NCBI GenBank assembly: GCA_963715335.1
Contig: CAVQRZ010000019.1
Span: forward strand, 64,001-128,000
DNA length: 64,000 bases
Direction: 5' to 3'
From: an uncultured delta proteobacterium
GTDB taxonomy: Bacteria; Desulfobacterota; Desulfuromonadia; Desulfuromonadales; BM103
The translations under genes and the position numbers were made by a program. This document shows, piece by piece, positions 41,538 through 50,599 of this stretch; within the stretch, counting starts at the first letter, position 1, and each line of letters starts with the position of its first letter. The notes under the pieces were generated by a model, which had not been told where the DNA came from, ran no database searches, and saw only the letters and a list, made by a program, of their open reading frames with translations.

Positions 41538-42635
41538 TCAGCCCCCCGTCTTTCTGGCATTGGCCACCTGCAATGGTACTTCTGCGGGCAGCTGCTGCTG
41601 GACATTGACGTAGGTGTAGGTCTCCCCCAGGTAATTTTTCAAAATAACCTCGTTGCCGAGACTCTGCAGGTAGTCCGGCAGGATTGGAATCTTGCCGCCG
41701 CCGCCGGGGGCATCGATGACGTAGGCTGGCACGCCTAAACCCGAGGTGTGGCCACGCAGGGCACGGATGATCTCGATCCCTTCCTCGACGCTGGTCCGGA
41801 AGTGGTCGGTCCCCTGGACCATGTCGGCCTGATAGATGTAGTAAGGGCGGACACGGATGGCAAGGAGCCTCTGCATCAGACGTTTCATCACTACCGGGTC
41901 GTCATTGACACCGCGCAGCAGGACAGTCTGGTTGCCGAGCGGGATGCCGGCATCGGCCAGGCGGGCGCAGGCCTTGGCCGAGGTCTCGGTAATCTCGTCC
42001 GGGTGGTTGAAGTGGGTATTGAGATAGATCGGCTGGTGCTTGCGCAACACGCGGATCAGCCCCATGGTGATGCGCTGCGGCAGGACCACGGGAATGCGGC
42101 TGCCGATGCGGATGATCTCTATGTGCGGGATGGCGCGCAATTCCGTCAATATCCAGTCAAGTTTTTCGTCTGCGAGCAGCAGCGGGTCGCCGCCGGAGAC
42201 GATGACGTCGCGGATCTCCTGGTGCTCACGTAGATAAGCGAGACCGCGCTCGAGGGTATCGCGGTTGATCAGCATGTTCTCGCCACCGACCTTGCGCTTG
42301 CGGGTGCAGAAGCGGCAGTACATGGCACATTCGGAGCAGACCAGGAACAGGGCCCGGTCCGGGTAACGGTGCACCAGGTTGGGCACCGGGCTCTGGTTTT
42401 CCTCCTCGAGCGGGTCGGCATAACAGACCGAATCGTGGACCTCTTTTTCAGAAGGGACCGCCTGCCGCCAGATCGGATCGTCAACTTCCTTGATCAGTCC
42501 CAGGTAATATGGGTTGACCCGCATCGGGTACTGTTCGGCAACCTCTTCGAGGGGCTGCGGGTCGATGCCGTACTTGCGAGTCAAATCGCCTGGTTTGGTG
42601 GTGCTTGCTTGCAGAAGTTTCTGCCATGTTTCCAT
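41538..42635 (-). CDS. KamA-family radical SAM/PLP aminomutase (lysine 2,3-aminomutase-like)
   Basis: HRYPDR, CAMYCRFCTRKR, SGGDPL, HFNHP, DAPGGGGK. Confidence 0.93.
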   Translation of the reverse strand: METWQKLLQASTTKPGDLTRKYGIDPQPLEEVAEQYPMRVNPYYLGLIKEVDDPIWRQAVPSEKEVHDSVCYADPLEEENQSPVPNLVHRYPDRALFLVCSECAMYCRFCTRKRKVGGENMLINRDTLERGLAYLREHQEIRDVIVSGGDPLLLADEKLDWILTELRAIPHIEIIRIGSRIPVVLPQRITMGLIRVLRKHQPIYLNTHFNHPDEITETSAKACARLADAGIPLGNQTVLLRGVNDDPVVMKRLMQRLLAIRVRPYYIYQADMVQGTDHFRTSVEEGIEIIRALRGHTSGLGVPAYVIDAPGGGGKIPILPDYLQSLGNEVILKNYLGETYTYVNVQQQLPAEVPLQVANARKTGG

Positions 42636-42660
42636 TGCCGGGATTCTCCTTTGTCTGCGA

Positions 42661-43125
42661 TCAGAAGCGTTTGACGTAGGTTAGGCGGTCGTCGCCGGGC
42701 TTGTAGAAGTCGCGGATGCACGATTCTTCGATGTAGCCCGCCTTTTCATAAAACGACCTGGTTCGCAGGTAGCCTCCCTGCGAAGAGGTCTCCAGGCAGA
42801 GCAGCCGGCCGCCGCGCTTGATCACCTGGTCTTCGACATGCTTCATCAGCCGCCGGCCGACGCCGCTCCCCTGAGTGCCGGGGTCGACGGCGATCCAGTA
42901 AAGGTCGTAATTCCCCTCGGTCATTGGCACCGGCCCAAACAACACGTAGCCGGCAACGCGGTCGCCGATATCCGCCACGGCCACCTCGTAGTCCTGCTGG
43001 AGAGGATCGTTGGCGACCGTTTCCAGAAGTTCAACGGCAACAGTCACCTCGGCATCCGTGAAGGCGCCGGTGGCAATCAGGATCTCCTCCAGCATGGGGA
43101 TGTCATCGTGTCTCAGTTTGCGCAT
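42661..43125 (-). CDS. GNAT N-acetyltransferase
   Basis: WIAVDPGTQGSGVG (motif A), ETSS, FYEKAGY. Confidence 0.9.
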   Translation of the reverse strand: MRKLRHDDIPMLEEILIATGAFTDAEVTVAVELLETVANDPLQQDYEVAVADIGDRVAGYVLFGPVPMTEGNYDLYWIAVDPGTQGSGVGRRLMKHVEDQVIKRGGRLLCLETSSQGGYLRTRSFYEKAGYIEESCIRDFYKPGDDRLTYVKRF

Positions 43126-43135
43126 GTCAGTAGCC

Positions 43136-44134
43136 TCATTTTTTTCGCTTGCTGGCAATTGCCAGGATTCGGTCAATCAGTTGTGGATAGCTTAGGTCGG
43201 CCTCGCGGGCGCTGCGGGCCAGCCCTGCCTCGGGGCTGATGTCCGGGTTGGCGTTGACTTCCAGAATGTAGGGGATGCCGTCGCGCAAGCGAAAATCGAC
43301 CCGCGCGTAGTCGCGGCATTCGAGGAGTTTGTAGGCCCGTAGTGCGACGTCGCGCAACAGCATCTCAGTTCGCATTTTGAGCGATGCCGGACAGACCGGC
43401 TCGGTCAGCTTGTACTGCTGGGACTGCTCGAGCCATTTCCCCTCGTAGCTGACAATCGGCTGGGCCAGGTCAGGGTGAAATTTGATTTCAGAGAGCGGCA
43501 GCACGTCATGAGGCCCGTTGCCGATAATGGCCGCATTGATTTCGCGGCCCTCGATAAACTCTTCGACCAGGGCTCCCTGACGGTAGGTCCGATGTACATA
43601 GTCGATGCGGTCGAGCAGCTTTTTCTCATTGCTGACCACGCTTTCGTTGGAGATCCCCTGCGAGGCATCTTCCCAGCGGGGTTTGACGATCAGGGGATAG
43701 ACCATTTCCTTGACTCGCGAATAATGCTCGCCGAGCTTGACCAGGCAGTATTTGGGGGTCGGCAGTTGATGCTTCGAGAGCAGGTCCTTGGTGCGGGCCT
43801 TATCCTGGGTCAACCCGAGGGAAAGCGGAGGGGCTCCTGTGTAGGTGATGCCGAGCAGATCGAAGAGTGCAGCGACGTGCATCTCCTTGCGGCTGTCGCC
43901 CCAGAAAGCTTCACAGAGATTGAATGCGATGTCGGGGTGCAGGCGACGCAGCTCGGCGGCGAAAGCGGCAACATCTTCGCCCAGGGCGATCAGCTCAGGC
44001 TTGTGGCCAAGCTTGGTCAAGGCGGCAGCAACCGAGCGTGCTTCGTGCTCAGCGCCCTGTTCGGCGATGCGGTCAATCGCTTCACCTCGGCCGGTTCCGG
44101 GAGGAACGAGGTTATAACATACGGCGACGTTCAC
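43136..44134 (-). CDS. ATP-grasp ligase, D-Ala-D-Ala ligase-like (copy 2)
   Basis: GAGGAG RBS and GTG at 44134; YTGA..L...DK, IVKP, VEEFIEGRE, ARVDFR, EVNANPD. Confidence 0.88.
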   Translation of the reverse strand: MNVAVCYNLVPPGTGRGEAIDRIAEQGAEHEARSVAAALTKLGHKPELIALGEDVAAFAAELRRLHPDIAFNLCEAFWGDSRKEMHVAALFDLLGITYTGAPPLSLGLTQDKARTKDLLSKHQLPTPKYCLVKLGEHYSRVKEMVYPLIVKPRWEDASQGISNESVVSNEKKLLDRIDYVHRTYRQGALVEEFIEGREINAAIIGNGPHDVLPLSEIKFHPDLAQPIVSYEGKWLEQSQQYKLTEPVCPASLKMRTEMLLRDVALRAYKLLECRDYARVDFRLRDGIPYILEVNANPDISPEAGLARSAREADLSYPQLIDRILAIASKRKK

Positions 44135-45191
44135 GGTTCTCCTCGACTGGCAATTCAAGCCGCGAACAGGCGGCGTCGACGACAGCCAGAATCGTCTCCT
44201 CGTATGAGAGGCCGGCAGCCCGGCCCGCTTTGGGGAAACAACTGTTCTGTTCCGGGCGGGGCAGGATGCCAGGGAGAGGGTTGAGCTCGATGATGTGCGG
44301 CTGGCCCTGGCCATCGAGACGAACGTCGATGCGGCACCAGTCACGGCAACCCAGAGCATGAAAAGCTGATTTGCAGAGGTTTTCGATCTTGATGCGCAGC
44401 AAAGGGTCGAGCTCAGCCGGACAGGTGAATATCTGCAGCGGGTCTTCTTCACGGTCCCACAGCCACTTGGCTTCATAGGAATAGATCGGCTGCACACCTG
44501 CCGGCAGGGTGTCGAAATTGATTTCGACAATCGGCAGGACAACCAGGTCGCTGCCGTTGCCGATCAAGGCAACGGTGAACTCGCGGCCGGGGAGGAACTC
44601 TTCGACCAGGGCCGGTTGCCGGTAGGTGTCAAGCACCCATTCCAGCTGGCGGACAAGCTCCTGCCGGTTGCGGACCAGGGCTTTGTCGGTCACCCCTTTG
44701 CTTGATCCTTCAAGGGTCGGTTTGACCATCAGCGGGTAGTCGAGGGCGGTTGGAATCTCTGCCAATGAATTGATGACAGTGAACTCCGGCGTAGCGATGC
44801 CGTTGTGGGCGAGGATTTCCTTGGTGCGGCGTTTGTCAAGGCAGAGGCCGAGAGTCAGTGGGTCGCTGCCTGTGTAGGGGATGCCGAGCATGTCGAGTAT
44901 GGCAGGTATCTGCGATTCGCGACTGGCGCCATGCAGACCTTCGGCGATGTTGAAAACCAGATCTGGGCGGATTCGCCGGTAGATCTCAAAAGCATCGAGA
45001 TTGGCCTCGACCAATGTGACCTGATGGCGCAACGCCAGGGCCGCTTCCATTGCCTTGATGGTATGGATGTCGTCCCATTCGGCGTAAAGATCGTCGGATG
45101 TAGAACCGGGAGGTTCCGAGGGAGGTTCGGCCGGTTCTTCCTTAAGTCCGGCCGCATCTCCCTTCAGATTGAAGGAAAGCGCGATATGCAT
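44112..45191 (-). CDS. ATP-grasp ligase, D-Ala-D-Ala ligase-like (copy 1)
   Basis: PYTGS..L..CLDK, VKP..EGSS, EEFLPGRE, RIDVR, ELNPLPG. Confidence 0.9.
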   Translation of the reverse strand: MHIALSFNLKGDAAGLKEEPAEPPSEPPGSTSDDLYAEWDDIHTIKAMEAALALRHQVTLVEANLDAFEIYRRIRPDLVFNIAEGLHGASRESQIPAILDMLGIPYTGSDPLTLGLCLDKRRTKEILAHNGIATPEFTVINSLAEIPTALDYPLMVKPTLEGSSKGVTDKALVRNRQELVRQLEWVLDTYRQPALVEEFLPGREFTVALIGNGSDLVVLPIVEINFDTLPAGVQPIYSYEAKWLWDREEDPLQIFTCPAELDPLLRIKIENLCKSAFHALGCRDWCRIDVRLDGQGQPHIIELNPLPGILPRPEQNSCFPKAGRAAGLSYEETILAVVDAACSRLELPVEENRERRRML

Positions 45192-45358
45192 GTGTTAACC
45201 CCTAACAAAAACAGCCAGCTGCGAAATAGTAGCCTTCCACGAGGAAGGGTTGATGGCGTCTTCAGGGCCGGTTAGCCTTGCGGCTTGCGGCTGGTTCAAG
45301 GGGTCAACTTTTTCAGCGGGCACGTCTCTGGGTTCCGGCCCCTGAACGCCAGTCAATT
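45192..45358 (-). ncRNA. candidate structured cis-regulatory 5' leader
   Basis: about 16-bp helix pairing 45335-45351 with 45254-45271; GCAA tetraloop; anti-SD; TTGACA at 45393-45388. Confidence 0.5.
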
Positions 45359-45459
45359 ACCTGTCATATACGCCTGCGGTTTTTGCTTGTCAACATAAAA
45401 ATGTGTGTAAAGTAATAAGCTTTGATTTCAGCAGCTTACAGGGCCACTGCAGGAGCCCT

Positions 45460-47205
45460 TCAGGGGGTGAATGCACCCGACCACAGCCCGGTAAAAAAGC
45501 TTTTGGCGTTAGTGCCGATATTGCGGGTGCGATAGCCCCCTTCCTGGACCAGCAAAGTCGGTAGTTTCATTTGGCCAATGGCCTGTCCGACCTGGTTGAA
45601 GTCTGCTCCGGTAAGTTCCCACGTGCCGGTCGGGTCACCCTTGGCGGTGTCGAACCCGATGCATACGACCAGGTGGTCTGGCTGGAAGCGAGTGATGCGT
45701 TTGATGGCCTTGCCTAGTGCGGCAAGGTATTGCTCAGTGGTAAGCTGCTCGGGTAACGGCAGATTCATGTTGAAGCCGGCACCGTCAGCTTCGCCGAGCT
45801 CATCCTCGAAGCCGCTGAAATACGGATAGGCAAAGCGTGGATGGCCATGGATCGAAACAGTCAGAATATCGCTGCGCTGGTAGAAGATGACCTGCTGACC
45901 ATTGCCGTGGTGATAATCGATATCGAGGATCGCGACGCGGCCGAAATCCGAGAGCATCTGGGCCGCGATGGCTGCATTGTTAAAATAGCAGAACCCGCCA
46001 AAGGCGCGGCGCTCGGCATGGTGTCCCGGTGGGCGGACCAGAGCGTAAGCCAGGCGGTATCCCTCGAGGATTGTGGTGGCGGCGGTCAGGGCGCAATCGA
46101 CTGCGCCCTTGGCAGCTTTCCAGGCGTTGATGTTCAGCGGTGTAAATGTGTCTATGCAGAAGTATCCGGCGCGCACGGCCAGTTCCTTGGGCGGCCGGGC
46201 GCTGTTGCGGATCGGGAAGACATAGGGGTAGAGAGAGCGTCCGGCAGGCAGGTTGCGGCAGACCTTGCGGAAGTATTCGACATAGTCGCGGTCGTGGGTG
46301 CTGAGAAGAAAGCGCTCCGAATAAGTCCGGGGAGGATGGCGCTGAAAAAGTTCGGTCTTGTCAAGCTCCTTGAGGATGCTGCGTACCCGGACCGGAGATT
46401 CGACGTAGCCACGCTCCCGGACATGGTGGATTTCATGGCTCTCATTGACAATCAGCGCGATGCGCTGCGAGCGGGTAACGCGGGGACGGGTTTCGCTGGA
46501 AACTTTCTTGTGGTAGCGCGGTGCCCGTAGCTGGACCGGGTCGTCTGTAAAGGAATCGACCACTTTGGCAATGTATTCCGGCGAGCAGAGATCGCCATAA
46601 CGGAGCTCGAGGATGGCCCGCACGATCGGTTGCGCCTGAGCACACGTCAGGGCCTCAGTTTGGCCGAGAGCATCGAACACCAGGTAGGGAGGGTTGTCGT
46701 CGTGGGGCTTCAGCGGCGTCTCGTAGGCAGTGCCGATGATCGGAAAGGCACCGTACTTTTCGTAGAACCTGAGTCGCGCCTGGTTTTGCTTGAGTGTCTC
46801 GGGATCTTTGCAGAGAGCCGGATCGTCGGGCAGGCACTCGAAAAAAATGCCGAGGACGCCCATAGTCAAGGATTCTTCACGGATGTGCGCGTAGAGGGCT
46901 CCGCCAATGCCGCCGCCGGTGGTGCGCCTGGCGGCTGAAATGTAGTCCAGGTAGCAGAAACGCAGGTCCGGTGCATGCGAGATCAGGGCAAACCCCTGGA
47001 CGCGCTGGTGGGCATCCTCTGCGACGTAAAGAATCGAGCGGAAGCCCTGCTTGACCGGGTTGCGCAGAAGTTCGGGGATCTTCTCGACGTCGCTCTTGGC
47101 GAGCTGTGGGAACTGGTCCTCGAGAATTTGTTCAACCTGGGTGATGGCGGCCTGGTTGACCGGGAGCAGGTTGTCATGAATGCGGCGGATACGAAACATG
47201 GTCAT
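45460..47205 (-). CDS. GNAT-like domain fused to a Zn-dependent deacetylase (HDAC/acetylpolyamine amidohydrolase family)
   Basis: N-terminal YLDYIS...GGGIGG...RLRFYE; C-terminal RPPGHHA, GFCYFNN, DIDYHHGNG, GFD, QEGGY. Confidence 0.9.
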   Translation of the reverse strand: MTMFRIRRIHDNLLPVNQAAITQVEQILEDQFPQLAKSDVEKIPELLRNPVKQGFRSILYVAEDAHQRVQGFALISHAPDLRFCYLDYISAARRTTGGGIGGALYAHIREESLTMGVLGIFFECLPDDPALCKDPETLKQNQARLRFYEKYGAFPIIGTAYETPLKPHDDNPPYLVFDALGQTEALTCAQAQPIVRAILELRYGDLCSPEYIAKVVDSFTDDPVQLRAPRYHKKVSSETRPRVTRSQRIALIVNESHEIHHVRERGYVESPVRVRSILKELDKTELFQRHPPRTYSERFLLSTHDRDYVEYFRKVCRNLPAGRSLYPYVFPIRNSARPPKELAVRAGYFCIDTFTPLNINAWKAAKGAVDCALTAATTILEGYRLAYALVRPPGHHAERRAFGGFCYFNNAAIAAQMLSDFGRVAILDIDYHHGNGQQVIFYQRSDILTVSIHGHPRFAYPYFSGFEDELGEADGAGFNMNLPLPEQLTTEQYLAALGKAIKRITRFQPDHLVVCIGFDTAKGDPTGTWELTGADFNQVGQAIGQMKLPTLLVQEGGYRTRNIGTNAKSFFTGLWSGAFTP

Positions 47206-47435
47206 GCCTCGCAGGCACTAGCGTAGCGGCCACACCTTGTGGTGCACGTATGCCCGTGAGATGCACTTATACGCTGATTTTCCCAACTGTCAATAAGAAG
47301 TTCAGAAAGGGCGTTTTTCAGCGTGTCCTGGTTTTAGAGGGTTCAGAGCTTCGATCTCTGGCCTGGTTGACGGGCACAAAAAATGCGGAGCCAGAAGAGC
47401 TCCGCATTCGAAAAGATTATCTATTTGACGCAGAA

Positions 47436-47663
47436 TTAGTGCGGCAGGTGATGCATGGTCCGGCGAATCCAGGCGAGGCGATGCTTCTTCGGCACAGCGA
47501 AATCAAGCTCTATCGGTTTTTTGACAACGGGCTTGCTCTCCACTCGTAATTCCTCGGGAATCCAGTCCGATGCCTGGCGCGCCATGTCATCATAGGCGCT
47601 TTCGCGGACCCATTGGTGAACGTGTTTTGCGGTCCTGCTGAGTACTGCTGTTAGGGCAAACAT
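47436..47663 (-). CDS. small hypothetical protein
   Basis: AAGGA RBS, AT-rich upstream region, terminator hairpin at about 47378-47410. Confidence 0.5.
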   Translation of the reverse strand: MFALTAVLSRTAKHVHQWVRESAYDDMARQASDWIPEELRVESKPVVKKPIELDFAVPKKHRLAWIRRTMHHLPH

Positions 47664-48009
47664 GATCTTTCCTTTTCTTTTATTGGGTGAATTTAGGTAA
47701 ATGGTAAGACCAATAAGATTGTTCCGTCAATAGGGAAAATTTCTTAAAATACTGTTTTTAAAAGGGAAAACCTTTCAAGATGGCGATTTATATAAAGAAA
47801 TTCGAACGTGATTTATGTGAATAAAATGTAAAAAAATACCTTTTCTGGATTTTGAGACGCTGTCTTCGTCACTTTGAGGGCAAACCTGAAAAGTCTCATA
47901 TGCGACCAGGGCCACTAAATCAAAGGGGAATGGATATGATCCATTCCCCTTTGCGTGACTCCACAGAAAATATTAAATGATTGAGCCGGTCCGTTCCCTG
48001 CTAGTTGTT

Positions 48010-48192
48010 CTAAGATTGTTCCGGAAGTACTCTGGCAGCAACCTGTGCTGCCACAATGATCACGATATAGCCGAGTAACGGCATCAGGAGATAGTCCCCC
48101 GCATTGTGCGTCATGCGCGGAAGGGTAAAGCCTGAGAGCCAACTGCTGCAGAAAAATGCCACACTACCAATAAGGGCCGAGAGCTTGAACAT
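48010..48192 (-). CDS. small hydrophobic (two-TM) protein
   Basis: AGGAG RBS; sigma54 site upstream. Confidence 0.6.
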   Translation of the reverse strand: MFKLSALIGSVAFFCSSWLSGFTLPRMTHNAGDYLLMPLLGYIVIIVAAQVAARVLPEQS

Positions 48193-48251
48193 ATTGATCT
48201 CCTTTCTCGACGGATTCGGGAACGGACAGCGAAAGCGATATCACCTGTTAA

Positions 48252-48267
48252 TGCATCAGGCGTGCCA
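48252..48267 (-). promoter_or_regulatory. sigma54 (-24/-12) promoter
   Basis: TGGCACGCCTGATGCA (GG-N10-GC). Confidence 0.7.
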
Positions 48268-48413
48268 TTTTTTTACATATAAGGTGTGCGCGTGGATGTG
48301 TCTGAAATAATTTGACTTATCAGGCTGTTTTAATGGTCGAGACGATGTTATGTAGGGTAATACGTGGAAAAGAGCAGCTTTTTGTCCGCAGTTTGGTGAA
48401 AACACCGAGTTGT

Positions 48414-49427
48414 TCAGCAGATTCTGGGGAGTTGTTCACCGGCAAGCATTTCAATGGCTCGCAGTCCGCCGATCGCCGTCTGCAGGCGTACTTTGCCCCT
48501 GTTGGCCGATGTCACTTCGCCAATGATTGCGGCGCCTTTCCCGTATTCATGGCGGCGCATAATCTGCAAGGCGTGTTCAGCGGCCTCAGGTGCAACGAAA
48601 GCAAGCAACTTGCCTTCGTTGGCCACGAACAGCGGGTCAAGACCGAGTATGGCGCAGGCTCCAGCCACTGCCGGACTAACAGGCAGGGAGTCCTCCCGCA
48701 GCGTGATCTCCACTTCTGATTGGATGGCGATTTCCTTCAGCGTCGTGGCAACGCCGCCACGGGTCGGGTCGCGCAGGGTGTGCAGTCGGCTACCCACTGC
48801 GAGCACCAGGTCTGCGACCAGGCTGTTGAGCGGTGCGCTGTCCGAGGTGATGTCGCTCGCCAGCTCCAGACCTTCACGGCTGGCCATGACCGCCATGCCG
48901 TGATCGCCGATCGTGCCATTGATCAGGATCTTGTCGCCGATCTGTGCGCTGCGACCGGAAATTTCCAGGTCATGTCCCATAACTCCGATACCAGACGTGT
49001 TGATAAAGATTTTGTCTGCCTTGCCACGCGGTACGACTTTGGTATCGCCAGTCATGATTCTGACTCCGGCATCTTGTGCCGCGGTACGCATATCCTCGAG
49101 GATAGTCCGCAGGGTGCACACCGCAAACCCCTCTTCAAGGATCAACCCGACACTTATGGCGACCGGTGTCGCGCCGGCCATGGCCAGATCGTTAACCGTG
49201 CCATGAATGGCAAGGCCGCCAATGCTGCCGCCAGGGAAAAAGATTGGATCGACCACATAAGAGTCGGTCGTAAAGGCAAGTCGCCCCCGCTGCTCAACCA
49301 GTACGGCGGCATCGTTCTGGTCGCGCTGACCGATTCCGGAGAGAATCGGCACGATCAGATCATCGAGAAGCTCATGGCTGAGCTTGCCGCCACTGCCGTG
49401 GCCGAGCAGAATGATATCGGATTTCAT
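48414..49427 (-). CDS. hypE: hydrogenase maturation protein HypE
   Basis: GHGSGG, TTDSYVV, RDPTRGG, C-terminal LPRIC. Confidence 0.97.
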   Translation of the reverse strand: MKSDIILLGHGSGGKLSHELLDDLIVPILSGIGQRDQNDAAVLVEQRGRLAFTTDSYVVDPIFFPGGSIGGLAIHGTVNDLAMAGATPVAISVGLILEEGFAVCTLRTILEDMRTAAQDAGVRIMTGDTKVVPRGKADKIFINTSGIGVMGHDLEISGRSAQIGDKILINGTIGDHGMAVMASREGLELASDITSDSAPLNSLVADLVLAVGSRLHTLRDPTRGGVATTLKEIAIQSEVEITLREDSLPVSPAVAGACAILGLDPLFVANEGKLLAFVAPEAAEHALQIMRRHEYGKGAAIIGEVTSANRGKVRLQTAIGGLRAIEMLAGEQLPRIC

Positions 49428-50599
49428 GGTAACTCCGGGGGCTGAGGGTCGGGGACTGGGGGCTGGAGGCTGGAGGCTGGCAATGAGCTTTCACCAGTCC
49501 CCGGCCCCCAGTCCCCGTATTTGTACTCAGCTGCACAGGTTCCTTCACTCGAAACCATGCAGGCGCCAACCGGGGCCTCCGGAGTACAGGTCGTGCGAAA
49601 CAGCGGACAGTCGACCGGTCGGAGTTTCCCCTTGAGAATTTCGCCGCACATACATCCGATCGGTTCAACAGCAGGTTCGACTTCAACCGGCAGAGCACGG
49701 TCCGCATCAAAACGAGCATATGCTGCGCGCAGCCGCAGGCCGCTGTCAGGGATGTCGCCAATTCCTCGCCAGCGTGCGTCACATGGTTCGAACACCCGGT
49801 AAAGGAGTTCCCGGGCTTTCTGATTGCCATCAGGTTTAACCACGCGACGATACTGGGTTTCGACTCGGGCCTCCCCGGCGACGACCTGCCTGGTCAGCAT
49901 CAGAATGCCCTGCAGGACGTCCAGTGGCTCGAACCCGGTAATCACGCAGGGAACCCGGAATGCATCGACCAGGGGCTGGTAGGCGTTGGCGCCGATTATT
50001 GCGGAGACATGTGCCGGGCAAAGATAGCCGTCAACCTGGAGATCCGGGTCACCGGCAAGAATCGCCATCGGTGCAGGCATGGTCTTGTGTGAGCAGAGGG
50101 TATAAAAATTTTTCAGATTTTTCTTTTCTGCGGTCAGTATCGCCCCGGCGATTGTCGGCGTCGTGGTTTCGAAGCCGACGCCGAGGAAGACCACGTCGCT
50201 GGCAGGATTGTTCTCGGCGAGGATCACGGCGTCAAGGGGTGAATAGACGATTCTGATCGTTGCTCCCCGGGCCTGTTCGTGGAGCAGGCTGGTAGATGAG
50301 CCGGGAACGCGAACCATGTCACCAAATGTGGCTATGATCGTATTGGCACGCCTGGCAAGGGCGACGGCCTGGTCGACGTAGCCGACCGAAGTAACGCAGA
50401 CCGGACAGCCGGGGCCCGAGACCAGCTTGATCTGCTCCGGCAACAGGGAGCGGATCCCGTGCTGGTAGATTGCCATGGTATGGGTGCCACAGACTTCCAT
50501 GAAAGTCATGGCGCGGTCGAACCCGGCGACGGTCTCAGTAATCGCCCGCAATTGCAAGCGGGCCAGTTCCGGGTCGCGGTACTCGTTATGATGCTTCAT
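49424..50599 (-). CDS. hypD: hydrogenase maturation protein HypD
   Basis: MEVCGTH, GPGCPVC, GFETT, CMVSSEGTC. Confidence 0.97.
   Translation of the reverse strand: MKHHNEYRDPELARLQLRAITETVAGFDRAMTFMEVCGTHTMAIYQHGIRSLLPEQIKLVSGPGCPVCVTSVGYVDQAVALARRANTIIATFGDMVRVPGSSTSLLHEQARGATIRIVYSPLDAVILAENNPASDVVFLGVGFETTTPTIAGAILTAEKKNLKNFYTLCSHKTMPAPMAILAGDPDLQVDGYLCPAHVSAIIGANAYQPLVDAFRVPCVITGFEPLDVLQGILMLTRQVVAGEARVETQYRRVVKPDGNQKARELLYRVFEPCDARWRGIGDIPDSGLRLRAAYARFDADRALPVEVEPAVEPIGCMCGEILKGKLRPVDCPLFRTTCTPEAPVGACMVSSEGTCAAEYKYGDWGPGTGESSLPASSLQPPVPDPQPPELP
49436..49517. repeat. 7-mer tandem repeats in inverted arrangement inside the hypD 3' end
   Basis: GGGACTG/GGGGCTG/GAGGCTG units opposed by CCAGTCC/CCGGCCC units. 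Confidence 0.7.

Noticed and set aside
41538..42635. KamA as EpmB or glutamate 2,3-aminomutase
   Set aside because: No efp or epmA adjacent; the DAPGGGGK motif and both Asp residues fit the lysine-type enzyme
43136..45191. Calling the ligases ddl or van resistance genes
   Set aside because: Ddl N-terminal motif is missing; no mur, vanH or vanX context
45192..45358. Confident c-di-AMP riboswitch call
   Set aside because: Only fragments match; the full two-pocket consensus is not recognisable by eye
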